A stretch of 64,000 nt of DNA from Microbotryum violaceum (GCA_001244265.2 CDLV01000004.1:558001-622000), one strand, 5' to 3'; shown: positions 1-11,291, counted from the stretch's first letter. The notes: generated by a model from the sequence alone, not told the origin. A program made the numbers and translations.

Positions 1-2040
1 AGGAGAGAAGGGGTGTGGTGGGTGGGTCCGAAGAGGGGGACCGAAATGGAATCGACGCTGAATGCGGGGTGCCGGCCCGATGCCAGCAAGGAGGGAGGGG
101 GGAGGGTGAACAGGAGGCGACCATGAGTCGTCGGGTGAATCATGGTGGGGTGACAGGGGGACCTGGTCTTCCGAGCTGTCGCCGTCTTCTAGGAATCTAT
201 TGCCGAGCGGCAGAATGAGCAGAAGATTTGGCCGCCATCTTTGCAAGTTTGCGTCCAATCCCGGTCTCGAGATTTGGGCAACCGCTATCACCAGATTGGT
301 GGTCCTTTGCCTCGCAATCGAGGCAAACATGCTCGCGACCGCACAACGCAAGCGGATGCGGCTGTCGTCTGTTGTAGCGGATACAGATCCAATCCTTGCC
401 ATTGGACAATTTGCTTTTCTTGGTGCGGGTGTTTGTCTCCTGGGATGAGCCTTGAACCCGCCAAAATGTATGCTCCTCGAGCTCGGGATTGTTTGGGAGG
501 GCTGCGACCAAGAGGATAGTGTTAACGTACGCCGCGTGGGACTCGCTCGCTTCGAGGAGGGAGGTGACTCTGTTGTTTGGTTTGGCGCACATGCGGCGAA
601 AGCAATCGTCAAAAGCGATGGGAAGTTTGGCGCCCTTGAAGCCGTTTTGAGCGCCGGCGTGCATCTCGTCAAGGAACTTCAGGTAGTGTGTCCAGTTGGC
701 GCCGTCGTATGTGCCGAAGGCTGCGTTTTCCACCGCTTTGATCTCCTTGAGTGCTCGGATGAACTCGGAGAAGTCAGTGACAGGAGGCTTGGCCCTTGAC
801 GCTTTCTTTTGAGCCCGGGCCTGGATCCCCTTGAACTCAATACCGTTGTTGTTGGTGTACGAGTCAAAGAGCTCGGCTTCTTGGCGGTGCACGACATCAC
901 TGATGTTGACAAAGCCGCCCGACATGATTTTCATCACTTCAATGACGTCCATCTTGACGACTCCCTGGCGTTGCAGCTGGGTACGGAACACTCCCGCGGC
1001 CGTCTTGAGCCAAGTTGGGTCATTGCGGGGGAGGTGGCATGCTTGGTCCCAGGCCTCCTCTTGCCAAAGCTGTTCGATCACCTTGGGGTCAGAGGAATAG
1101 GCCGGCGTGAATCGAGCGGCGGTGAGGCGGCCTAGGCGGTAGCGACGAGACTCATCCTCGACCTCGAGGGCACCAACAAGAGGGGTCTGAGAGCCAGCCG
1201 GCAGGGGCGGCGCTACGCCGAGCTGTTGTTGCACTGTCGGGAAATGCGAGCTAAGAACCTGCGACGGCGCCGTTTGCGCACACAAGGTCGGAGGTCGAGT
1301 GGGGGCGGAGCCGGCGAGTTGTATGAGCTGATCCATTTGCTGACTTTCCTCATCCACCCACTGGTCTTTGTTGATTGCGGCTTGGGTTGAGACGAGAGTA
1401 CCCTTCAGCAAGGGAATCATCTGGAACACGCAACCAGCAGGGAAATCCGCCATGTCAAGCTGGGTGGAGTCGACAAACAAGCGGTCAATAACGAGAATTT
1501 TGTCGTCGGTGCCTCTCGGAAGGTTGTTCACGCGGTATGCCGGGACATCGCCCATGCCTTCGATGGGCACGGTCTGCGGTCGCGTCGTCGTGCCAGGTGG
1601 CGCAGGGCGCGCCCCAGGGGTGGGGTCGGTACCGGGTGTGTTGCTGTCCGTGAGGGTCTGAGCCGGCGCTGAGGGAGCTCCCCTTCGGTATAGCCCGTCA
1701 TTGGTCCAGTAGCGCAAGCTGCTGGCCGCGAAGCGGCTGGGTCTTCGGAAACGAGGGCTGAGGCTACCACCGGGTGAAGGTCGCTAGTTGTCTCAAGCGA
1801 ACGTTTGACGCCGAGGGGGATGGCACGAACTTGGGCGAACCAAAAAGCGAGTTCGGCCTCCGCGGACGAGTTCCTTCTAGGCGGCCCGGCATCATCGCTC
1901 AGTTTCGAGATCAGGTCGGTTTGGGCCTCCTGCGTTAAGCAGCCGTCGTCGAGCGCGTCGAAGACCAATTTGACAGTCTGCGTTGCTTGCGGAAGAGTCC
2001 CGGGAATGGGGTTATTCTTGTCGTAAAGCGGGGCAGACAT
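1..2040 (-). mobile_element. DIRS/Ngaro-like (tyrosine-recombinase) retrotransposon, gag-like ORF1. The rest of the element runs off the left edge of the window.
   Basis: ORF 197..1717 ends in CIRYNRRQPHPLALCGREHVCLDCEAKDHQSGDSGC, the Cys/His cluster typical of DIRS/Ngaro gag. The probable start is MSAPLYDK at 2040 in another frame (frameshift near 1715). RT and YR domains are not visible in the window. Confidence 0.55.
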
Positions 2041-2719
2041 GGTGGCGCGGCGGAACGTTGCGCTTTGGAAGCTCAAAACAGAGGTCTTTGCGAGGCGTAG
2101 CAAAGATTGTATTTAGTGAGGTGCAACTATGACATGGGCTTTGCGTAGCGTGATAGCGTACCTTTACGAGGCGTAGCACGAGTGTCAATGAGAATTGAAG
2201 CAATTAGTGCGGTCTTGGCGGAGGTAGCCTATAGAATGCTAGGTGTCAGCTTGGATTGTCCAACTAGGGTGTTCCGGTAGGAAGGGCAGTTTCGTACAAA
2301 AGCTTGTGCGGAGACTGCTGTGATGCAAGTGAACAATGAGTACGTCGTGCAACTAGCCGAGCGTAATCTGGACACTTACCTCGAGTGCGTGGCAGGGCCT
2401 GCGGGCGTCGAGGGTTTTCTGGAGGCAGCGGCTGCTGTAAATCCTGTGTGAGGGGGGCTTCGCGTGAGCAACGGATTGCTTGGATGAGGATCCTAAGGTG
2501 GTGGCTAACTGACCCTTGGCAGAGGGTGGCAGTGCTGGAGCAGCGGGCTGGCAACAGAAAGTGTCGACGGTGCGGAACCGAGGAGGAGTAAGCGGCGCGG
2601 ACGCAAATACGCTTGAGGGGTGGAAAAATATTCGATCAACTCTACTACGTCAGCGATGTAGTTATAGCCAAGAGTGATGAATAGAAAGCTAACAGTAAAC
2701 GAGCCGCGCAAGGGGAGAA

Positions 2720-2970
2720 CTCCCGCGCGCCTAAGTTCTCAGCCGGCAAGCCTCAGGCCTGAGCCGGTGGGCCAGGCTTGCCCCGCGCGCCTAAGTCCTG
2801 AGGTGCCGAGCGGAGAGTGGATTCCTCACAAAAAACTATGAGGACTCACGGAGAGGCCTAGGGATGCTGAGCACTCCGGAGAGGCTCGGAAAGTACGCTG
2901 AGCCGCTCGCGGGGAGGGCTAGGCTCTGAGCACTCCGGGGAGGCTAGGAAAGCTGATGCTGAGTCAGGGA
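2720..2970. repeat. Cluster of short imperfect direct repeats, possibly the terminal repeat region of the DIRS/Ngaro-like element
   Basis: cccgcgcgcctaagt occurs twice (~2721, ~2782). ctgagcactccgg(a/g)gaggct(c/a)ggaaag occurs twice (~2867, ~2926). Confidence 0.45.
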
Positions 2971-3018
2971 CTGGATGCACGGATGCGCGCTTGAACATTG
3001 AGCGTGGAACTCTTACCG

Positions 3019-4225
3019 CTAAAGCTCAACAGACATCAATTTACCGTGAAAGACCCGTGCTACTATGTCGGGACGGTCGGATGCGGCTTGGCCAGGAAGC
3101 AAAGCGTTGACAATTTCCGACCAGGCAGGGTTGCATGTCATTGTGATGAATATGTCCGGAGCACCAAAAACACGAACGATGGCCATAGCATCTTGGTAAA
3201 GTTGGACCATTTGGCGTGGCGATCCGGTGTGTGACGACGGTAGGATGACTCTTTTGCCAATCTGCGCGGGAGCAAGTCCTTCAGCCAGGCTTGCTTGAAG
3301 GGACAAATACTCTTCGGCTCTGAGCTTTTTCTGATTTCTTCTCATCCAGTATAGCCGTTCTTGTTGAGTTACTGCCCAGGCGTCCGCGACAAATTTCTGG
3401 AACAAACGGCCCCCAAGGAACAACGTCGGGTAACTGATATTCGAAGGACAAATGTGGAAGTAGTACGCGTTGAATTGGCTCTGCGTCACACGTTTGGATC
3501 CGCCCTGTCCGGTTTGTGGGTTGGCGTTGGCGTTATCCGTTGTGCGTTGCAATACGCCGTTTTCGTCTCGCATGCGACGAACTGCCGCTGTTGCAATAGC
3601 GTTTTTGCTGAGGGGAATTCTGTTGTGGTACCAGTCTTTGCCATACGGTAACAATAGTGGGTATGTGAGTGCCATGAGTGCAGGGTGACCATCATGAATG
3701 AGCTGAATCCCGCTGCTGTCATTGTTTGGCGGGTGACGTAACCAAACGACGATCTCTCTTCTTGAAGATCGGTACTCGGTGTCGTCTCCGGGTAGTATGA
3801 CGGCCACCTCCTCTTGCGTCGGCAAGTTGTACGTTCTCGGGTCTCGATTGCGCGGGGCAAGTAAGCGCAGCTGGTACATGTGAGACGCTTCACTGTCCAT
3901 GAATTATTTTGCCGTTAGGAACAGTTTGACGCGCCTGTTGTGGAGTCGCAGCATGCCGTCGAATACAGGAACAATTTGCTGATACGCCGAGTCCAGACGT
4001 CGAACTTCTTCAGGCGGTCCGTTGAATCTATGTCGGGCTTCGATGCGTTCAGTCGGAGCCGCTGATGATGCCATGGCCCTTGCTCGTGCCGAATGATGCC
4101 ATAGCAAAGCTTTCGTTGAATGCAAGAATGCGGTCCCGAAAGATCTTCTCAACTGTTTCACAGATAATCAGCAAGGCCGTTAGTCCGCTGTACTCGTTCT
4201 AGCAAGTTGAACGAATCGACATGTA
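3019..4225 (-). mobile_element. Helitron Rep/helicase gene fragment (Helitron 1, 3' part, truncated)
   Basis: Motifs YNLPT.EEVAVI, YPLL.PYG, GGRLFQ.FVAD and ILPSSHTGSPRQMVQLYQDAMAIVRVFGAPDIFITMTCNPAW..I...DRPDIVARVF match the Helitron-like N-terminal Rep region. Confidence 0.9.
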
Positions 4226-4230
4226 CTAAC

Positions 4231-4575
4231 TATTGTCAAAATGTTCTCATGTGGTAACTGATGAAGACCACGACTCAGTCCAATGGAACGGGACGAGAAC
4301 AGAGTAAGTAGGATTCCAGAGAATGCATACCTGATGAAGACCACGACTCAGTCCAATGGAACGGGACGAGAACAGAGTGGCCAAAGGCTAAGGGACAAAC
4401 TCCAGAAGGACTAGGAAGGGATGATAAGCGGAGATAATAAAGAGCTAATAGTGACTAAAAAAGGGTAAGACAAATGAGGTGCTGAAGGGCTTCATGAAGT
4501 CGCTAGAGGCTCAAGATGAAGTACCATAACAGGTACTATACGTAGACTGAAGGACGATGCAACCATATAATGACA
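4231..4575 (-). repeat. 3' LTR of Copia A (5'-TGTCA...ACAATA-3')
   Basis: Identical by eye to 5972..6116 + 11087..11286. Contains a 48-bp internal direct repeat (4258-4305 / 4331-4378). Confidence 0.92.
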
Positions 4576-4854
4576 CTCCCCCGGTTGGAAGGTCCGAAGA
4601 TGGAGTAAACGGTACATGGTCGAAGACTTTTGACGAGATCGGGTAAAGCCGAAAGCGACGGGACTTGTTCGGGTAAAAGGGGCCGAAGACGGGTGGCGGT
4701 ATGACGGACAATGACGCCATAAAACGGGATGGAGAACTGATCTGAAAGGGACCAGTATAACCAAATGCGGGGACGGAAGCCAACAAACCAGAGTACGCTG
4801 GTGGACTAGTTGGCACTACTTGGACTTGGAGCGAAGGGCTGGTGTACGAAGCCA

Positions 4855-5967
4855 TCATGTTCGCAGACGGGGACGGTGATTGGCAAGAATACCAATACGA
4901 CTTGACGGTTGATCGGGCTGATGAAGAGACACCGATACGAAACTTGGATGGGTGATCGGCTTGAAGAAGACCGATACGACGAGGACTTGTGAGGATGAGG
5001 ACTTGTGACGATTAAAGCGAGTGACAGAAAGCGCTGTTAACAAACATAGCTTTGGCTGCTTCCTCCTTGACTGCTTGCGCTTTCTTGAGGGAAGGGCAAC
5101 CAGCCCACTTGGAACTATGCCCCATAACGTTGCAACTCTTGCAGTGAACCTTGGAGTGATCGTGACTTTGCGCGGACATAGCCAGCGCAGATTCAATCCC
5201 CCGTAAGCGTGGCGCTCGGCTCCATGAGTAGTAGAAGACGAGGCCATTTTGCGATCAACTTGAGCGTAGAGGACAGCAATGAACGAATCAATGTCTGTAG
5301 CGAGGGTGAGGTTGGTAGTAAGGCTACTTGCAATACTTTCCCATTCGGGCGGAAGCGAATGGACGAGTAGAGCGGCTTGCGCAAAACCAGGCAGTGGAAC
5401 ACCCATAGTGGAGATTTCCTCAACGGCGTTTAGGAAGTTGGAAACAAACGACTTGAAATTGGACGTGTTGGAACGCGTGAACGTGCTCCGGAAGATGACG
5501 GGGATGAGCTGGATGAAGCGAGCTTCAGCGCCTTTGGTGTGGTGAATCCGTAGGGCGGTCCACATCTCATGGGCTGAAACACAATTCTTGATAATCTTCA
5601 TTTGAGAACCGGTAATTGTGTTGTTGATCAACTCAGCAGCTTTGTCATCCTTGGCTTCAAGATCAAGGGTGTAGATGTCGACAAGTCCTTGCTGAGCAGA
5701 GGTGAGCGCGCGAGGCGCGGCGGGTGAAATCTTTGCGCCTGCGGAGGTTGCTTGCGAAGTGGACGGGGTGACAAGGGCGGCCTCATAGATCGCTAGCAGG
5801 GCAGGAATGCCCACAGTTGTGACATCCAAACATTTCTTGCGACGAAGATAGTTGCTGATCCAGACGGACCATTCTTCGTACGAGTTCGGATTGTCGCTAA
5901 GGTGGATCCTAGAGATGAGGGCGGAAGACGAAGGCTCGAGAGCAGCTTGGTAGCTCGTTGGGCTCAT
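4855..5967 (-). CDS. gag: Copia-type Gag of element A (frameshifted near the zinc knuckle)
   Basis: NSYEEWS..ISNYL, SAHEMW.AL..HH and LVHSLPPEWES motifs. A CKSCNVMGHSSKWAGC knuckle is present in an alternative frame near 5095-5145. No pol follows. Confidence 0.8.
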   Translation of the reverse strand: MSPTSYQAALEPSSSALISRIHLSDNPNSYEEWSVWISNYLRRKKCLDVTTVGIPALLAIYEAALVTPSTSQATSAGAKISPAAPRALTSAQQGLVDIYTLDLEAKDDKAAELINNTITGSQMKIIKNCVSAHEMWTALRIHHTKGAEARFIQLIPVIFRSTFTRSNTSNFKSFVSNFLNAVEEISTMGVPLPGFAQAALLVHSLPPEWESIASSLTTNLTLATDIDSFIAVLYAQVDRKMASSSTTHGAERHAYGGLNLRWLCPRKVTITPRFTARVATLWGIVPSGLVALPSRKRKQSRRKQPKLCLLTALSVTRFNRHKSSSSQVLVVSVFFKPITHPSFVSVSLHQPDQPSSRIGILANHRPRLRT

Positions 5968-6116
5968 AACCTATTGTCAAAATGTTCTCATGTGGTAACT
6001 GATGAAGACCACGACTCAGTCCAATGGAACGGGACGAGAACAGAGTAAGTAGGATTCCAGAGAATGCATACCTGATGAAGACCACGACTCAGTCCAATGG
6101 AACGGGACGAGAACAG

Positions 6117-9100
6117 AATAAAAGACTGACGAGCGTGTAATCCAACCCTCAGTTAATTGCATATGATAGTACCGTAGTGCTAGATGTACGTACCTGACGA
6201 GCGTGTAATCCAACCGTGGAGAGAAGACAACGGTTGGTGCGCATCGCCAGGCTTCACTAAACAAACGCGCGCTTCTAATCAAATAACCGAAAGCCGCCTT
6301 CCTGCTAATCCTCATTCACAACACGCCAACTCGCCCCTTCACGCGATGAATCTATAAGCCCCATCGCGTGTACAAACTGATAGTGCTTCTGTGTCCCGAG
6401 CCCCTTGGTGAGGACGTCCGCAGCCATGGTGCCCGTGGGCACCCAGACCATCTCGATCGTGCCTTCCGCGATGTGGTCCCGGATGAAGTGAAAGTGGATG
6501 CCAATATGTTTGGTACGAGCATGGAAAGCCGGGTGCTTGGCCAGAGTGATGGCGGACTGGTTGTCACCCCGCAAACGAGTCGGAGCGGTCTGCTCGAAGC
6601 CAAGATCCGCAAGCAAACGACGTAACCAAATCCCCTCGCGAGCGGCGTATGACATGGCCACATACTCGGCCTCGGTACTGGAGAGGGTGACGAGAGTCTG
6701 TCGCTTGGCGACCCAAGAGATAGCCCCACCAGCGCACATGAACACGTAGCCCGAGACGCTCCGGCGAGTGACCGGGTCGGCGCCATGATCAGCATCGACG
6801 AATCCCTCCAAGATTGCCGACATAGGCTGGAAGGACTTCTGATAGCGGATGCCAAAATTGCGGGTACCGACAAGGTAGCGCAGGATGTGTTTGAGCGCCT
6901 CCAATGCTCCGCCGTGAAGTCGTTGCAGAAACGAGCAGCCTTTGAAACGGCGAACGCGATGTCGGGTCGGGTGGTGCCAGAGAGGTATAAGAGCTTGCCT
7001 ACAATGGCGCGATAGGGGATCGAGGCAGGATCAAAACCGGAGTCAGCGCGATTCCTCAGAGTCGACGGAGCCGCGAGAGGCGTGGGGCGGGGGAGGCATT
7101 GGCCATGTGGTGTTCCTCGAGGATGGCATCGACGAAATGGCCCTGGTTGACAATCGCAGCACCCGTCTTGCCCTCACGACGGATGCTCTGGCCGAGGAAG
7201 AAGGAAGCCTCGTCGGTGCTGCGAGCTTCGAACCGAGCCTTGAGCTGACAGAGCACGCCGTCGAGATCCCCGTCACCCGTGAGCAGACCGTCGTCGACAT
7301 GAATGGAGAGGAAAGACCGTCGATCCCCCTCTTTGCGAACGAAAACGGCATGGTCACTGTCGGTGCGGGTGAAGCCAATGGACAGGATCCATTCAGTGAA
7401 GACCTTGTACCACTCGCGGCCCGCCTGAACGAGGCCGTAGAGAGCGCGCTGCAAGCGCACGATATCGCCTCCGGGTAGTCGCATGTAGATCTCGGTCCCG
7501 CCGAGGTTACCGTTGAGGTACGCAGACGAGACGTCGAACTGGCGGGTCTCCCACTCGTTCTCGACGGCGAGGGCGAGTAACAGTCGATGAGAGGCGGCTC
7601 GACCTGTGGGCGAGAACGAATTGATGTGCACCCCCCGACGTCTTTGCATGTCCCGCGCGCAACAAGTCGAGCTTTGTACTTGACAATTTGACCCTCCGCA
7701 TTGCGCTTGACGAGGAGCACCCACATGCTCCCGATGACAATGGCCCCGGCGGGGGTCGAACCGGCTTGGAGAACGCGTTCTTAGCGGCGAGAGCTCCCTC
7801 CTCCACCGACATGGCGGCCAGCCAGTAATCACGAAAGGGGCCAGCGAGGGCGGCCTGGACCGAAGGAGTGTCATCGCTGTCGATCTTGGCGAGGAGCGCA
7901 GAGACTTCCTCAAACGAGTACATCTGCGTGTCAGGGTCACCTTCGTCGAAGTCATCGAACTGGATGGCTGCGTGGTCGACAAACTCCCAATGCTGTGCCG
8001 CGTGAGCAAATCCGAGGTAGTCAGGCGGACGGCGGGTCCGGGTGGAGCGATCACCATCGGGCGGTGCGTTTGCCGGGCCAGGGTTCGAAAATGCGAGGGC
8101 GGGCGGAACGGGTGGCGGAGCGGCGGCAGCGGGAGCCACGGCCGGCGCTTCGGCGACAGGGGCGCAGCGGCGGAACCGATGCCGAGCGGCGCGGGCGGGT
8201 AAGACAAACCGACCGCAACAGGGATGGCAGGCATGGCAGGGCTCACCGCAGGGGGAAGAAACGGTCCTCAAAGAACCTGGCCTGAGACGACTCAAAGACC
8301 TTGTTGCGAACCGGATCGAAGAAGCGCCAGGCCTTGGATCGCGAGGAGTAGCCAACAAAGTAGCAGAGGCGGGATCGCGGGCCAGCTTGTTGGGACGTTG
8401 CTCGGGGCGAGCGGCACGTGAGCGGCACAGCCCCAGGTCTTGACACGGTCGAGGCGGGGGCGGCGGGTGTCCGTGACCGGGTCCGAGGGTTCGTGCAGCA
8501 CAGAGTCTGGGGTGCGCTGCTGGAGCGGCGACGAGGGGAGCAGATTTATGACGTAGATTGCGGCGTGCGCCGCTTCATCCCAAAGTGCGGGAGGCAGTCC
8601 CGAGCGATGGAGCCAGGCGCGAACGGAGTTGAAGATCGTTCGCCAGCTGCGTTCCTGAACGCCCATCTGGCCGTGCTCGTACGCTGTGGAGAGCTCGTGG
8701 AAAATGCCCCGCGCGGCGAGCCAATCCCGGAGCCTGTGGTTCACAAACTCGCCCCCTCTGTCCGTGCGCAGCGTCGTGACGCCCTGGCCCCCATACTGGG
8801 TCTTCGACATCGCAACAAAATCCTGAAGGACGGCTGACGAGTCACTCTTGAGCCGGATGCTGCTAGCCCAGCGGAAGCGCGAAAACTCGTCCGTGATGCC
8901 GCAGAGGTAACGAGCACCCGAAAGTGCGGGCACAGGGGAAGGACCCCACACGTCGGCAAAGACACGGGAGAAAGGTGCGTCCGCGGGGTGGCTCGCGGGT
9001 TCCCGGTTCGGGGAAGAGACGGTTTTGCCGGCGCAACAAGCATCGCACTGATCGAGGAGGCGAATCTGATCCGGAGTTACAGCTGCTACATCGAGTGGAA

Positions 9101-11081
9101 TTTGACCCGACCTAACAAGCTCTACCAAACGACCCCAAGAAGGATGACCCAAGCGCTGATGCCAAAGCACTACGTCTGTAGGCAAGGTGGTGGCAGTCAG
9201 CGCCAGGTGATCCGCCCGAGGAGGTGGGTGAGAACTTGCCTGAAGCACGTAGTGGTTGCGATCGAGGGCGAAGGAAAGGCGGGAGGTCGCGCTCGAGATC
9301 GCGATCCCGGTGTGTTTCCCAGCCGCGTCGCACTCGTTGGATAGCTCATACCCGTCCTTCATCAGGCCGGCGAGTGAGACGAGTTCAGCGGACAGACCGG
9401 GGACGAGGAGGACGTCATGGAGCTCGATGGACGCTTCGTCGACACCGAACCGGAGAGTGCCCGTACCGGTCGCCATGGCACTGGAGTTGAAGGCGCCGAC
9501 GACCCGGACGCGCTCCGTGGTGAAGGGCTTGAAGTCGATGAGGAGGTCCCGGCGAGTCGTCATGTGGCGGGTCGCACCCGAATCAAGCAAGTAGCGCGGG
9601 ATGTCGCTCAGGTACAGCGCCGTGTCGTCGTCACCAATGGGTACGCCGACGACCAAGTATCCCTCGTAGGCCTCGTCCTCGAGCTGAGCCTCGGGTGCAC
9701 GGTCGACGGCGACGAGCGCCATTACGTCGGCCGCGCCAATGGTGATGTTGTGCTTGGCGAGAACAGCGATGCGGCGGCGAGAGACCTCTGCCGACGGCAC
9801 CGTGCATTCGTCGCCAAGATGTCCCTGCTCGTAGCACCTTCTGCACTGCATCCGACCCAGTTTCAGGCGACCAGCGTGCGAGATCCCGTGAGGCCACCTC
9901 TCCTTGAGGCCGGGCACCCTCGAGGCCTGAAGGAAGGGGGCGCCGAGGGACCGGAAGGACGGCCCGAGGGTTTCGAGCGAGGACGACCCGAGGCTGGCTG
10001 ACTCCGAGACTGCACCCGTGCCGCTAATGCCTCCGCGATGGGCTCGATCTGCCGGCTCGAGGAAAGTGCGGCCCTACGTATCGCGCCCTCAACTTGCTCG
10101 AGCGATGGGAGCGTGCCGATGGAGTCGATGACCGTCACGAGGTTCCTCGGCATCCTAGCCTTCAAGAGGTCCATGCGAACGCCCTCGGACAGCGCTGGCG
10201 CTGGTACCCACTTGTCGAAATCGCTCTGGGTAAACGATGTGCCGTCGATCCTGGCGCGTTGATAGGCTTTGTCACGGGAGACGTGGGCGGCGACGAGGTC
10301 CTCAAACAACCGGTTGAAGTTCGCAAGCCATGGGTCTAGCGCTTCGCCGTCGACAAATGGCTCACACAAGAAGAGGGCGTCGAGCTTCGCTGAGCGCATG
10401 AAATCGTCCGAAGCGCGACCGAGATCCTTATCGAGCGCGGCCCACAAGTCGTGCGTGGCGTTGGCTTTGACGCGGGCGAAGGTGGACTCCCCCAAACATA
10501 CGATTAGCGTGTTGCGCGCCTGCGCAAGGGCCTGATCGAGAGCGTCGACATCCTGACGGTACAATCGAAGTTGGTTGCGATAGGTGGCCACATCGTCTAC
10601 CCGGTTGTCGCCCTCCAAGCGAGTGAACTCGGACTGCAAAGGCTCGGGGCCGACGTCTAGAACACCGGTGACGTGCTTGAGGCGGCCCTCGCCTTTCAGG
10701 ACGTTCTGAAGTCGCTCCCTGGCAACACCCCAGTTGGTGGCGTCGACTTTGTCGTATAGGTCGCCCATCAGACTGACGTGGTCAGCCGTGGGAGTCGCCA
10801 TCTTGGATATGCGCTGCGTCTTTTCTGCGTGCGGATCTGTGCCTTGCGGCAATACAGACGCTACCAAATAAAAGACTGACGAGCGTGTAATCCAACCCTC
10901 AGTTAATTGCATATGATAGTACCGTAGTGCTAGATGTACGTACCTGACGAGCGTGTAATCCAACCGTGGAGAGAAGACAACGGTTGGTGCGCATCGCCAG
11001 GCTTCACTAAACAAACGCGCGCTTCTAATCAAATAACCGAAAGCCGCCTTCCTGCTAATCCTCATTCACAACACGCCAACT
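6117..11081 (-). mobile_element. Full-length Ty1/Copia retrotransposon B nested in the 5' LTR of A
   Basis: 215-bp LTRs at 6117..6331 and 10867..11081, identical by eye. TSD AACAG at 6112-6116 and 11082-11086. PBS TGGTAGCGTC at 10857-10866 and PPT at 6332-6340. Domain order is gag-PR-IN-RT-RH. Confidence 0.95.
6305..10801 (-). CDS. Copia B gag-pol polyprotein, broken into several frames
   Basis: [14 protein letters not shown] knuckle; protease [20 protein letters not shown] integrase zinc finger; LRTDRGGEF integrase core; RT motifs [18 protein letters not shown] and IHVDD; RNase H motifs GFVDAD, SSTEAEY, DNQSA and ADVLTKGL. Likely start MATPTADH at 10801. Confidence 0.88.
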
Positions 11082-11291
11082 AACAGAGTGGCCAAAGGCT
11101 AAGGGACAAACTCCAGAAGGACTAGGAAGGGATGATAAGCGGAGATAATAAAGAGCTAATAGTGACTAAAAAAGGGTAAGACAAATGAGGTGCTGAAGGG
11201 CTTCATGAAGTCGCTAGAGGCTCAAGATGAAGTACCATAACAGGTACTATACGTAGACTGAAGGACGATGCAACCATATAATGACACTAAC

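Larger units (their letters stand above)
4231..11286 (-). mobile_element. Copia-like element A: non-autonomous, gag only, inserted in Helitron 1, with its 5' LTR split by element B
   Basis: 345-bp LTRs at 4231..4575 and 5972..6116 + 11087..11286. 5-bp TSD CTAAC at 4226-4230 and 11287-11291. PBS GGTTATGAGCCC next to the 5' LTR and PPT at 4576-4584. The internal region is only ~1.4 kb. Confidence 0.92.

Noticed and set aside
4258-4378. Hammerhead ribozyme (CTGATGA in the LTR A repeats, CTGACGA in the LTR B repeats)
   Set aside because: No GAAA follows a stem II, and the motif is antisense to the element. It is better explained as the complement of the ...TCAG splice junction.
5940-5971. A real tRNA-Met gene or bacterial contamination
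   Set aside because: Only the D arm and anticodon loop are present, with no T arm or acceptor stem, exactly at the PBS position of two elements.
9863-11065. 400-aa ORF starting inside the 5' LTR of B (and the 99-aa ORF 6016..6315)
   Set aside because: The N-terminal part is a read-through of LTR sequence from a GTG. Gag most likely starts at MATPT (10801).
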